Shown here piece by piece: positions 20,782-29,498 of a stretch of DNA of 64,000 nucleotides. This stretch comes from Spirochaetia bacterium (lineage in GTDB: Bacteria; Spirochaetota; Spirochaetia; DSM-2461). The first letter of the stretch is position 1. The number at the start of each line of letters is the position of its first letter. Made by a program: the position numbers and the translations under genes. The notes beneath the pieces were generated by a model that was not told the DNA's origin, ran no database searches, and was given only the letters and a program-made list of their open reading frames with translations. The stretch is taken from assembly GCA_963666985.2 (NCBI GenBank), contig CAXXIA010000002.1:320001-384000 (forward strand). Reading direction: 5' to 3'.

Positions 20782-22881
20782 ATGAGCTTCGTTCAAATCG
20801 ACGGTGTGAGCCTCTCCTTCGGCGACCGCCGCATTCTCTCCGACATTCACCTGACAATCTCTCCCGGCAGCCGTATCGCCCTTACCGGCGCCAACGGCAG
20901 CGGCAAATCCACACTGATGAAAATCGCCGCCGGGCTGATGGAATACGATGAAGGCCGAATCATTCTTCCAAAAGACACCCGCGCGGCCTATCTTCCGCAA
21001 TCGGGCATTGTCCATAAGGGGCGCACCCTTAAATGTGAAGCGGAGGAAGCTTTCGCCGAGCTTGCGGCTCTCCACGGCGAGGCGGACCGCATCGCCGCCG
21101 ATTTGGAAAAAGGGAAAGGAAACACCGAAGCCCTCCTTCTGCGCTATCAGGAAATCCAAGAGGTTCTGGAGAACGCGGAATGGGACCGGCGCGAAGCGAA
21201 AATCGAGCGGATTCTTACAGGGCTCGGCTTCTGTCGGGACGAATTGAACGCGGATGTCGCCACCTTCTCCGGCGGCTGGCAGATGCGCATCGCTCTGGCG
21301 AAAATCCTTTTGGCCTCGCCCGATATTCTCCTCTTGGACGAGCCCACGAACTATCTGGATCTCGAAGCCCGCGAATGGCTGGCCGATTTCATCCGCCGTT
21401 TTTCCGGCGGTGTGCTTCTGGTATCGCACGACCGCGCCTTTCTGGACGGAACCTGCACTCAAGTGGCCGAAATTCTGATGGCCAAACTGACTCTTTTTAA
21501 AGGCACCTACAGCGGATATGAGGCCTTCCGCGAAAAGGACATGGCCCAATTGGCGGAACAGTGGAAGCGGCAGCAGGAAGACATCGAACGAATTGAATCC
21601 TTCATAACCCGCTTCCGCTACAAGGCCACGAAGGCGGCCCAAGTCCAGTCCCGCATCAAGATGCTGGAAAAAATCGAACGAATCGAAATTCCCCCGGCGC
21701 TCAAACGCATCAGTTTTTCCTTTCCCGAAGCCCCCCGCTGCGGAAAAACGGTCCTGAGGGCCGAAGGACTCGAACGCCGCTACGACGATAAAATCGTCTT
21801 CAGCGGGCTCGATCTGGAACTCCCCAGAGGATCGCGCACGGCCGTCGTCGGCGTCAACGGCGCGGGCAAAACCACGCTTCTGCGCATCATCTCCGGAAAA
21901 GACACCCGGTACGGCGGCACCATGGAATTGGGCAAAGACGTTAAAAGAGGCTATTTTTCCCAAGACCAGGAAGCCGTCCTCAATCCTTCCCTGACCATCC
22001 TCGAAGAAGCGGGCCTTGAATCCGACGAAGGCGAAGGCCGTCTGCGGAGTCTTCTCGGCGGCTTTCTCTTTTCCGGCGACGATATCCATAAAAAAGTCGG
22101 CATACTCTCCGGCGGCGAACGCAATCGCCTGGCCCTGCTGAAAATTCTGCTGGAGCCGGTGAATCTTCTGATCCTGGACGAACCGACGAACCATTTGGAT
22201 CTCTATTCCAAAGACATCCTGCTGGAAGCCCTCAAGGGATACGGCGGAACTCTGGTAATTGTTTCCCACGACCGCTACTTTCTCGAACGGGTGGCCGACC
22301 GCGTACTCGAAATCGAAGGCGGCAAGGGGCAAACCTACCTCGGCGATTACGCCTATTACCGCTGGAGAAAGTCTCCCGCCGGCGGAAGCACCGCTTCGGC
22401 ATCGGAGGCCGCATCTTCTGCTTCCGGCGGCCTCTCGCCGGCGCTCCGAGCCTCCGCGGCTCAAAACGCGGCTCAAAAAGCGGCCGGAACCGAAACAACG
22501 GCGGCGCAAGCCCCCCCGGCGGGCCGAAGTTCGGCATTAAAAACCGGCGAACATAACGAAACTCAAAAGAAAACCGGCAAAGAATCTTCCATCGACACCG
22601 CCCCCTCCCCTCCTTTAAACCACGAAGAACAAAAGCGCCGCCGCGCGAAAATCAACAAACTTCGCAAAGAAGAAGAACGTCTGGCCGAAAGGCTGGACGA
22701 AAAGGAAAAACTGGCCGCCGAAATCCGGACGGAACTCGAACTGCCGGAGAATTACTCCAACCCCGACAAAGCCCACGACCTTTCGGCCAAGCTGATGGAT
22801 GTTGAAGAACGCATCGAACAAATCGGCGCCGCCTGGGAAGAGGCCGCCGCCGCTCTGGAACAAGCCGAAACCGAACTCTGA
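20782..22881 (+). CDS. ABC-F family ATP-binding protein
   Basis: two ABC domains (GANGSGKS/FSGGW/LDEPTN; GVNGAGKT/LSGGE/LDEPTN), no TM segments, C-terminal coiled coil. Confidence 0.92.
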   Translation: MSFVQIDGVSLSFGDRRILSDIHLTISPGSRIALTGANGSGKSTLMKIAAGLMEYDEGRIILPKDTRAAYLPQSGIVHKGRTLKCEAEEAFAELAALHGEADRIAADLEKGKGNTEALLLRYQEIQEVLENAEWDRREAKIERILTGLGFCRDELNADVATFSGGWQMRIALAKILLASPDILLLDEPTNYLDLEAREWLADFIRRFSGGVLLVSHDRAFLDGTCTQVAEILMAKLTLFKGTYSGYEAFREKDMAQLAEQWKRQQEDIERIESFITRFRYKATKAAQVQSRIKMLEKIERIEIPPALKRISFSFPEAPRCGKTVLRAEGLERRYDDKIVFSGLDLELPRGSRTAVVGVNGAGKTTLLRIISGKDTRYGGTMELGKDVKRGYFSQDQEAVLNPSLTILEEAGLESDEGEGRLRSLLGGFLFSGDDIHKKVGILSGGERNRLALLKILLEPVNLLILDEPTNHLDLYSKDILLEALKGYGGTLVIVSHDRYFLERVADRVLEIEGGKGQTYLGDYAYYRWRKSPAGGSTASASEAASSASGGLSPALRASAAQNAAQKAAGTETTAAQAPPAGRSSALKTGEHNETQKKTGKESSIDTAPSPPLNHEEQKRRRAKINKLRKEEERLAERLDEKEKLAAEIRTELELPENYSNPDKAHDLSAKLMDVEERIEQIGAAWEEAAAALEQAETEL

Positions 22882-22946
22882 AGGCTCTCCGTACAAACCG
22901 CCCGAATGCCGATTAAAGGACTCTCCAGCCGCTCAGCGGCATTGAA

Positions 22947-23420
22947 TCAGCCCCAAGACTTCCACGGATTCATCGCCAGCCTCTTATTGTAAAACCGGAC
23001 ATCGCCGGTCACTTCGCTCTCAATCCAATCCGGAAAAACAATCTCTTCGAGCGCATCCTCAAGCTCAATCTCCGCGAGAATAAGCCCCTCATTCTCTCCG
23101 CCGAACACGTCAATCTCCCAGCGGCGGTTATTCTCGGTCACCACATACCGGATTTTTTCCACCACAAGAGAGGGGCAGAACTCCGCCATCATCGCCTCGG
23201 CATCCTCGAGAGGAATCTCGTACTCAAACTCCGATCGGCTCAGCCCGTTATCCGACGATTTTCCCTTGATGGTCACAAAACCCTTTTTGCCCATAATGCG
23301 CGTTCGAACGGTAATCGTCTCCTCGGTAGGCAAATACCCCTGCCGAATCGGAAAACCTCCGGAAAGTACCGGCAGCGAATCCCGCCGCACCAGAAATTTC
23401 CGTTCTATTTCCACACCCAT
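22947..23420 (-). CDS. CYTH domain protein
   Basis: EIERKFLV, IRQGYL, RSEFEYEIP, EK.RY, WEID.F, AEIEL. Confidence 0.9.
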   Translation of the reverse strand: MGVEIERKFLVRRDSLPVLSGGFPIRQGYLPTEETITVRTRIMGKKGFVTIKGKSSDNGLSRSEFEYEIPLEDAEAMMAEFCPSLVVEKIRYVVTENNRRWEIDVFGGENEGLILAEIELEDALEEIVFPDWIESEVTGDVRFYNKRLAMNPWKSWG

Positions 23421-23583
23421 CGCGCCCTCCGCCTTTCCGCCGGTCTAAGTGACCCCCGAAGCCGCGCGGTGCATACAGTCCCCGAACCGCCCCGGCTTTT
23501 CCCGCCGATATCATTACGGCGAACGCCTTCCCTTCCGGCCGTCGCCATTTCCCGCTCGATTTCAACGCCCACAGTCCCCTCTC

Positions 23584-24477
23584 TCAGCCGAACCGCGAAA
23601 GCGTCGAGATTACGCCGCCCCAGTAGCCGCCGCCGAAAAGATTCACATGGTTCAAGACATGATAGAGATTATACACATCCCGGCGTTCGCCGAATCCCGG
23701 CTCCAAAGGCCAAGCTTCGCGGTAGCCGGTATGAAACCCGGAAGGGAAACCGCCGAAAAGTTCCGTCATGGCCAAATCCGCCTCCCGGTGACCATAGTAC
23801 ACCGCCGGATCAATAAGCCTGCCGCGGCCGTCGGCGCCGGCCATCCAGTTGCCGCTCCACAAATCGCCGTGAAGAAGACTCGCTCCCCCCTCATCCACAT
23901 CGGGAAGAAGACTCGGGAGCAGCCGCAGCAGTTTTTCCATGGCCCGCTCGCTTTTTCCGTCGCCAAAGCCCTTTTTCCTGACCAGTCTCCATTGAAAGCC
24001 CAGACGGCGCTCGGCGAAGAACTCGTGCCAGTTTCTCATGCGGCCGTTGGGCTGAAGAGTGGAACCGATCCGGTTGTCGCCGTCGAAGCCGCAGGAATCC
24101 GAGCGCCCCTCACGGTGCAGCGCCGCCAGAGAACGCCCGAAGGCTTCCGCCGATTTCAGCCGCCCCGTGAGCACCTGTTCCATAAGCAAAAAGGCATGTC
24201 CGCCGTCGGTTCCCCAAGCCAGGGGCTCGGGCACAGGCGGGGCCCCGCTCCGGCCGGCCACTTCGGCCAGGGCCGTCAGTCCCGCCGCCTCGGCGGCGAA
24301 CATCGAAACCAGATCGGCCCGGTTTTCCTTTAAGAAAACACACCGGCCGCCGCTCAAACTCAACAAAAAAGCCGCATTGATATCCCCGCCGCCGACGCTC
24401 CGGCGTGATTCAATCCGGCACTCATCGCCGTAAAGAGTCCTGACGGCTTGAATAAGGGAAGAAGCGGCGGCCATCAT
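23584..24477 (-). CDS. fructosamine kinase family protein
   Basis: GGGDIN, F.AEA.GL, LLHGDLWSGN, DPAVYYGHREADLAM, NH.NLFG. Confidence 0.9.
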   Translation of the reverse strand: MMAAASSLIQAVRTLYGDECRIESRRSVGGGDINAAFLLSLSGGRCVFLKENRADLVSMFAAEAAGLTALAEVAGRSGAPPVPEPLAWGTDGGHAFLLMEQVLTGRLKSAEAFGRSLAALHREGRSDSCGFDGDNRIGSTLQPNGRMRNWHEFFAERRLGFQWRLVRKKGFGDGKSERAMEKLLRLLPSLLPDVDEGGASLLHGDLWSGNWMAGADGRGRLIDPAVYYGHREADLAMTELFGGFPSGFHTGYREAWPLEPGFGERRDVYNLYHVLNHVNLFGGGYWGGVISTLSRFG

Positions 24478-25208
24478 CGCAATAGAGAAATGGTGTGATC
24501 GATAAGACGCATATCCCCGGGTTCACCGTGCCCCGGAACAACAATTCGCGCGTCGGGAAAGGCATCCCTGAGCCGCTCCAAAGATCGCGGCCATTCATCA
24601 AGATTCGCTTCGGCCGTGTTGCCCGGCCCCCGATTCTCCATTGCCTTTACCGAGCAGCCGCCGAAAAGAATCTTCTCATCAGGAAGGTATAAAGCGATGC
24701 TGTCCGACGTATGTCCCTCGCCCGGGAAGAAAATCTCAACATCCTTCTCTGAGAACCGAAGTGTTTCCCGATGTTTCATCTCTCTCGCCGGCACCGGCAA
24801 TCCCCTCTCCCGACAAATCTTTCGTGTTTCCCCGATCGCGTATGAAGGAATGCCTTTTTGAAGAATCCACCCCAGGCCGCCCATATTGTCTTCATGATGA
24901 TGACCGACAATAACAGCCTCAACGGGAACTCCGTGAAAGCATTCCAGCCATTCAACCAGAGTTCGGGTTTGTCGGTCGTTCCACGGCGTGTCAAAGAGAA
25001 CGAGACAATCACCGGTGAGATACACCAGACCGTTCGCGGACACCATACCCCATGGAGGAACCTCCATTGTCGAAACATGCCTCCAGACATTCTCCGAAAG
25101 CGCCTCCAAATAGAGATCGTCGGCGATATCGATGCGATCGGCGGCCTCGGCGAAGACAACCGGAACCGACACCGCAGCCATGCAGAACAGAAGCGCGATC
25201 CTCTTCAT
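24474..25208 (-). CDS. subclass B1 metallo-beta-lactamase
   Basis: signal peptide; SANGLV, DTPW, HHHED (HxHxD), GHTSD, FGGC, GN, VPGHG. Confidence 0.88.
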   Translation of the reverse strand: MKRIALLFCMAAVSVPVVFAEAADRIDIADDLYLEALSENVWRHVSTMEVPPWGMVSANGLVYLTGDCLVLFDTPWNDRQTRTLVEWLECFHGVPVEAVIVGHHHEDNMGGLGWILQKGIPSYAIGETRKICRERGLPVPAREMKHRETLRFSEKDVEIFFPGEGHTSDSIALYLPDEKILFGGCSVKAMENRGPGNTAEANLDEWPRSLERLRDAFPDARIVVPGHGEPGDMRLIDHTISLLR

Positions 25209-25371
25209 CCGAAACCCTCCTCAACAAGTCTATCAGCCTAAAGACTCACTGTCGCCTCCCGCTCCTTCTTTAACCTCAAACGACACTCGGCGATCCATGT
25301 CCCGGGATTACTTTCCCGGGCGGCCGCTTCGCTGGACAACGGAGAATCGTTCCGCCTAAGCTGGAGGGGCT

Positions 25372-26133
25372 ATGAAAATCATCTCATGGAACGTGAACGG
25401 GGTTAGGGCAGCCCATAAAAAAGGCCTGATGGACTTCCTCGCCGAATCGAACGCCGATGTTTTCTGCATCCAGGAGACAAAAGCGAATTTGGATCAGCTG
25501 CCCAAGGAAATCTACGCGCCGGCGGGCTACGAATCGTGGTGGCACAGCGCCGAACGCAAAGGATACAGCGGCACCGCCTTCTGGTCGAAAAAACAGCCCG
25601 ATGCGGTGGAGAACCTGGGAATGGAAGAATTCGACGCCGAAGGCCGACTCCAGGTAATCCGCTTCGGCGCTTTGGCCCTTCTCAACGGCTACTTTCCCAA
25701 TTCACAGCCCGAAGGCGCCCGGCTGGATTACAAGCTGGGCTTCAACGCGGCCATGAAGGATCGGGCCGACGCACTGGCGGCCGAAGGTCTTACCGTTGTG
25801 GTAACCGGCGATTTCAACGTATCCCACAAGCCCATCGATTTGGCCCGTCCCAAGGAGAACGAAGGCAACCCCGGCTACCTGCCCGAGGAGCGCGCCTGGA
25901 TGGACTCCTTCATCGGCGGAGGCTGGACCGATACGCTTCGAATATTCAACAAGGAACCGGGACAATACAGCTGGTGGAGCTATCGCGGCGGAGCCCGCGA
26001 GAGAAACGTGGGCTGGAGACTGGATTACTTCTGCGTCAACAACGCCTCGGCAGGCCGCGTGAAATCTTCCATCATCCGTCCGGAGGTTCCGGGAAGCGAT
26101 CATTGTCCGGTGGAGCTGGTTATAGAAGTCTAA
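25372..26133 (+). CDS. xth: exodeoxyribonuclease III
   Basis: SWNVNG, QETK, GYSG, YFPN, GDFN, WWSYR, GWRLDY, SDHCP. Confidence 0.95.
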   Translation: MKIISWNVNGVRAAHKKGLMDFLAESNADVFCIQETKANLDQLPKEIYAPAGYESWWHSAERKGYSGTAFWSKKQPDAVENLGMEEFDAEGRLQVIRFGALALLNGYFPNSQPEGARLDYKLGFNAAMKDRADALAAEGLTVVVTGDFNVSHKPIDLARPKENEGNPGYLPEERAWMDSFIGGGWTDTLRIFNKEPGQYSWWSYRGGARERNVGWRLDYFCVNNASAGRVKSSIIRPEVPGSDHCPVELVIEV

Positions 26134-26302
26134 GAACCCCATCTCCGGTAAAACAGCCCCTCCTCCTCTTTTTTATTTCTCCGGGAAATAGCGATTTTCT
26201 TCGATAAACTCATAAGTGAATTAACGAATAGGCGGAAATCCGTCCGATGCTCTATGCGAACACCATGCATCGAATCCGGGTAGAGACTTGAGGAATCTGA
26301 AA

Positions 26303-27202
26303 ATGGAATTGAGAATCGAAGTTAAGGACATCATGACCAATAAAAGCCGGTTTTATTCCTTCAACACGAAATCCATTTCCATCGGCAGAAATCCCTTAAG
26401 TGATATTTCGCTTAAGAATAAATACATCTCCGACCGTCATCTCACGCTTCATTGCGAGAAGGATGCTCTGTACGCAAAGGATGAGAACTCCTCGAACGGA
26501 ACGGAATACTATAATCACTATGACTGGATTCCCTTAACGGGACGCCGAAAAAAGCTTCCCCTTCCAACTCAGCTGAAACTCGCCGAAGCCGTGGTTGTAA
26601 CAATCCAATCGGGGGAATCCCGGATTATGTCCCTCACGGACATCGAACACGACGTGGCCCTGATGGTCCTGGATCTCTGCGGATCGACGGGTCAATCGGC
26701 GAACGACGAACAGATCGCTTATCACCTTAAGCAGCGTTTGAACTTAATCGCCAAACCGATCCTCTTCAAAGCGCCGGTTCTCTTCTACAAAAATACGGGA
26801 GACGGATTTCTGGCAACCTTCGCTCGGTCCACTCAGGCCGTCAACGCCTCCATAAGGATTCTTAAGGAGCTGAAGAAGCGGAACCGCCGGACCAATAATC
26901 CGCCCATCAATGTGAGAATAGGTCTTCATCAAGGACGAACTTACATCATCGATCCGGCAACCGAAGACATCCATGGCGTGGATATCAACATCACGTTCCG
27001 AATCGAGGGCCTGAAAAACGCGGCATTCGGCCATGTTTCTCAAAAAATCGATGAGAAAAATCGGATTTTAGCTTCCGAAGATTTCTATCTGGATTATATG
27101 AAACGATCGCGCCGAAAAAAGGAAATCTTCCAATACCACGGATCGGCGAAGCTGAAGGGCATCAAGGACCGCAAGAAAATTTATCGAATCGATTGGGAGT
27201 AA
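26303..27202 (+). CDS. FHA domain + class III adenylate/guanylate cyclase
   Basis: FHA IGR..S.RH..D..S.NGT; cyclase DLCGST, KNTGDG, RIGLH.G, DIHG.DIN..FRIE; start 26303 (ATG) or 26288 (TTG). Confidence 0.85.
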   Translation: MELRIEVKDIMTNKSRFYSFNTKSISIGRNPLSDISLKNKYISDRHLTLHCEKDALYAKDENSSNGTEYYNHYDWIPLTGRRKKLPLPTQLKLAEAVVVTIQSGESRIMSLTDIEHDVALMVLDLCGSTGQSANDEQIAYHLKQRLNLIAKPILFKAPVLFYKNTGDGFLATFARSTQAVNASIRILKELKKRNRRTNNPPINVRIGLHQGRTYIIDPATEDIHGVDINITFRIEGLKNAAFGHVSQKIDEKNRILASEDFYLDYMKRSRRKKEIFQYHGSAKLKGIKDRKKIYRIDWE

Positions 27203-27413
27203 TGGTTTAATTCCCGTCTATTTTATCATGATACGCATCAACTGCGGCGTGTTTTCATGAATGACTTCCGAAGTCTCAATCAGGCGGCGGCGATTTTTAT
27301 CCTCTGCGGCCGGTATCGGCGGAATCCCACAAATGGTTGAGAGAAGGCTTCAAACGGAAGCTTCGAGATCCAATTAAATAATCTCACCGCATATTAGGCC
27401 GATAACTAAAAGT

Positions 27414-28040
27414 ATGAAACTGAAGTATAACGCTCCGACGACGCTCACGTTCGCTCTGGCGGCGGCGATCGTACTGTTGGTCGATCAATACCTGATGCCG
27501 GGAGTCATCGAGGCCCTTTTTACCGCGGAAGGCTCCACGACGTTCCATTACGACGATATTCCCTCATACGTGAGAATGCTGACCCATGTGTTCGGTCATG
27601 CCGGGTGGGATCATCTGCTCTCCAACCTGACTTTGATTCTGCTTTTGGGGCCCATTCTGGAAGAAAAGTTCGGATCCAAACAGGTCGCCTGGATGATGGT
27701 GATGACCGCCCTGATCAACGGGCTGGTGAACGCCCTCTTCTTCGAATCATCATTGATGGGTTCCAGCGGAATCGCGTTCATGATGATCCTGCTGGTGAGT
27801 TTCGCCAATATCAGGGCCGGAGAATTCCCGCTGTCGGCGCTCCTGGTGGTGGGTCTTTATCTGGCGAAGGAAGTCCTGACCATTTTCAGATCCGATGATA
27901 TTTCCCAGATGTCGCATATCATCGGCGCGGCCTGCGGCGCGGTCTTCGGATTCGCCCGGACCGTCGCGGCCCGTAAATCCGTTCCGAACGGAGCGCCTCC
28001 CATGCCCGCCGGCGGCGGGGGACGAACCATCGCCGGATAA
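27414..28040 (+). CDS. rhomboid family intramembrane serine protease
   Basis: H.FGHAGWDHL.SN, G.S (GSSG), SHIIGA.CG. Confidence 0.85.
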   Translation: MKLKYNAPTTLTFALAAAIVLLVDQYLMPGVIEALFTAEGSTTFHYDDIPSYVRMLTHVFGHAGWDHLLSNLTLILLLGPILEEKFGSKQVAWMMVMTALINGLVNALFFESSLMGSSGIAFMMILLVSFANIRAGEFPLSALLVVGLYLAKEVLTIFRSDDISQMSHIIGAACGAVFGFARTVAARKSVPNGAPPMPAGGGGRTIAG

Positions 28041-28140
28041 CGCCCCTTCCACGCCGCCGATTTTTGCTATACCCTTCCACCAGATTAAAATCCCCGCCTT
28101 ATTTTTCTCCGCGGCGGGTTCAGACCAACGGATAGGACTC

Positions 28141-29220
28141 ATGACCGACACAACTCTTATCGAAAAGCGCCTAAAATCCATCGAATCCCGCTATAAAGAA
28201 CTCCAGGAAGCCATCGCCGATCCGAATTTACCGAAAGATCCCAAGGCCTATAAAGAAACGATGCAGGAATACGGTCATCTTGAAGAGACCATGTCCCTCT
28301 ACCAAAACTTTCGGTCCAAAAAGCAGGAATTACTGGACGCCAGGGAAATGGCCGAAGCCGAGTCCGATCCCGAATTAAAGGAGATGGCCGCCGAAGAGAT
28401 TGAACCTCTGGAAGAAGAGCTGGAGACGCTCATCGGACGGCTCAAAGTGCTCCTGGTTCCCCGCGATCCGCTGGACGGCAAAGACATCATCGTGGAAATC
28501 AGGGCCGGTACCGGCGGGGATGAAGCCAGCCTCTTCGCCGCCGACCTCTATCGCATGTACGGCCGTTACGCCGAAGAACGCCTATGGAAAGTGGAGATGA
28601 TGGAGTCTTCCGAAACCGAGGCCGGAGGATTCAAGGAAGTCATTTTTTCGGTGAACGGGAAAAGCGTCTACGGAAACCTGCGCTACGAATCCGGCGTGCA
28701 CCGGGTTCAGCGGGTGCCTGTTACAGAAAGTCAGGGCCGCATTCATACCTCGGCCGTTACCGTGGCGGTTTTGCCCGAGGCCGAGGAAACCGATATCGAA
28801 ATCAAGGAAGGCGACGTGAAGGTGGACGTCTACCGATCCAGCGGTCCGGGCGGCCAGAGCGTTAATACAACCGACTCGGCGGTACGGCTCACCCATCTGC
28901 CGACCGGCTTGGTGGTGATCTGTCAGGATGAAAAAAGCCAGATAAAAAACAAGGCCAAAGCCTTCCGCGTTCTGCGCTCGCGTCTGTACGATCTGGAAGA
29001 ATCCAAGAAGCAGGCCGAACGGGCCGCGGCCCGCAAGAGTCAAGTCGGCAGCGGCGACCGCTCCGAACGCATCCGCACTTATAACTTCCCCCAAAACCGA
29101 GTAACCGATCACCGCATCAATTTAACCCTCTATAAACTGGACCAAGTCATACAGGGGGAACTGACCGAACTGATTGATGCGCTGAAAGTTTCGGCGCTGG
29201 AAGACGCGCTGAAGAGCTGA
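28141..29220 (+). CDS. prfA: peptide chain release factor 1
   Basis: GTGGDEA, ESGVHRVQRVPVT (PxT), GGQ, ERIRTYNFPQ. Confidence 0.97.
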   Translation: MTDTTLIEKRLKSIESRYKELQEAIADPNLPKDPKAYKETMQEYGHLEETMSLYQNFRSKKQELLDAREMAEAESDPELKEMAAEEIEPLEEELETLIGRLKVLLVPRDPLDGKDIIVEIRAGTGGDEASLFAADLYRMYGRYAEERLWKVEMMESSETEAGGFKEVIFSVNGKSVYGNLRYESGVHRVQRVPVTESQGRIHTSAVTVAVLPEAEETDIEIKEGDVKVDVYRSSGPGGQSVNTTDSAVRLTHLPTGLVVICQDEKSQIKNKAKAFRVLRSRLYDLEESKKQAERAAARKSQVGSGDRSERIRTYNFPQNRVTDHRINLTLYKLDQVIQGELTELIDALKVSALEDALKS

Positions 29221-29247
29221 AGAGCTGAAGAGCTGAAGAGCTGAAGA
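29208..29247 (+). repeat. 8-bp tandem repeat GCTGAAGA x5 spanning the prfA stop codon
   Basis: read directly from the sequence. Confidence 0.95.
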
Positions 29248-29304
29248 TATTCTACAGACAAGAAAGTTTTCTAAGAAGCTTAGATAAACCTGACAAAGTT
29301 TCTT

Positions 29305-29336
29305 TATGCGAATTGCATCATTATGCAATTCGCATA
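29305..29336. promoter_or_regulatory. perfect 14-bp inverted repeat (candidate operator)
   Basis: TATGCGAATTGCAT-catt-ATGCAATTCGCATA in AT-rich intergenic DNA. Confidence 0.5.
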
Positions 29337-29498
29337 TACTGTGAACAAGCAGGATTAAAGATCACTCACTTTCTTATTTAATACATATTTCGTTCTGGAA
29401 TAATGATTTAGATATTCAACATCTAAATATTACAAAATTGGTACACATTATGCTGATATAGACGATATTGGAGGAGAAAATCCTCCGGGAGGTCTGTC

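Noticed and set aside
20776..22509. 577-aa minus-strand ORF
   Set aside because: Antisense shadow of the ABC-F gene caused by codon bias; no recognisable motifs
26303..28040. Pycsar/CBASS-type defence system
   Set aside because: The cyclase has ATP-type specificity residues, and there is no adjacent cNMP-binding, TIR or TM effector
27895..28140. N-terminal extension of prfA
   Set aside because: Overlaps the rhomboid gene; RF1 similarity starts at ATG 28141
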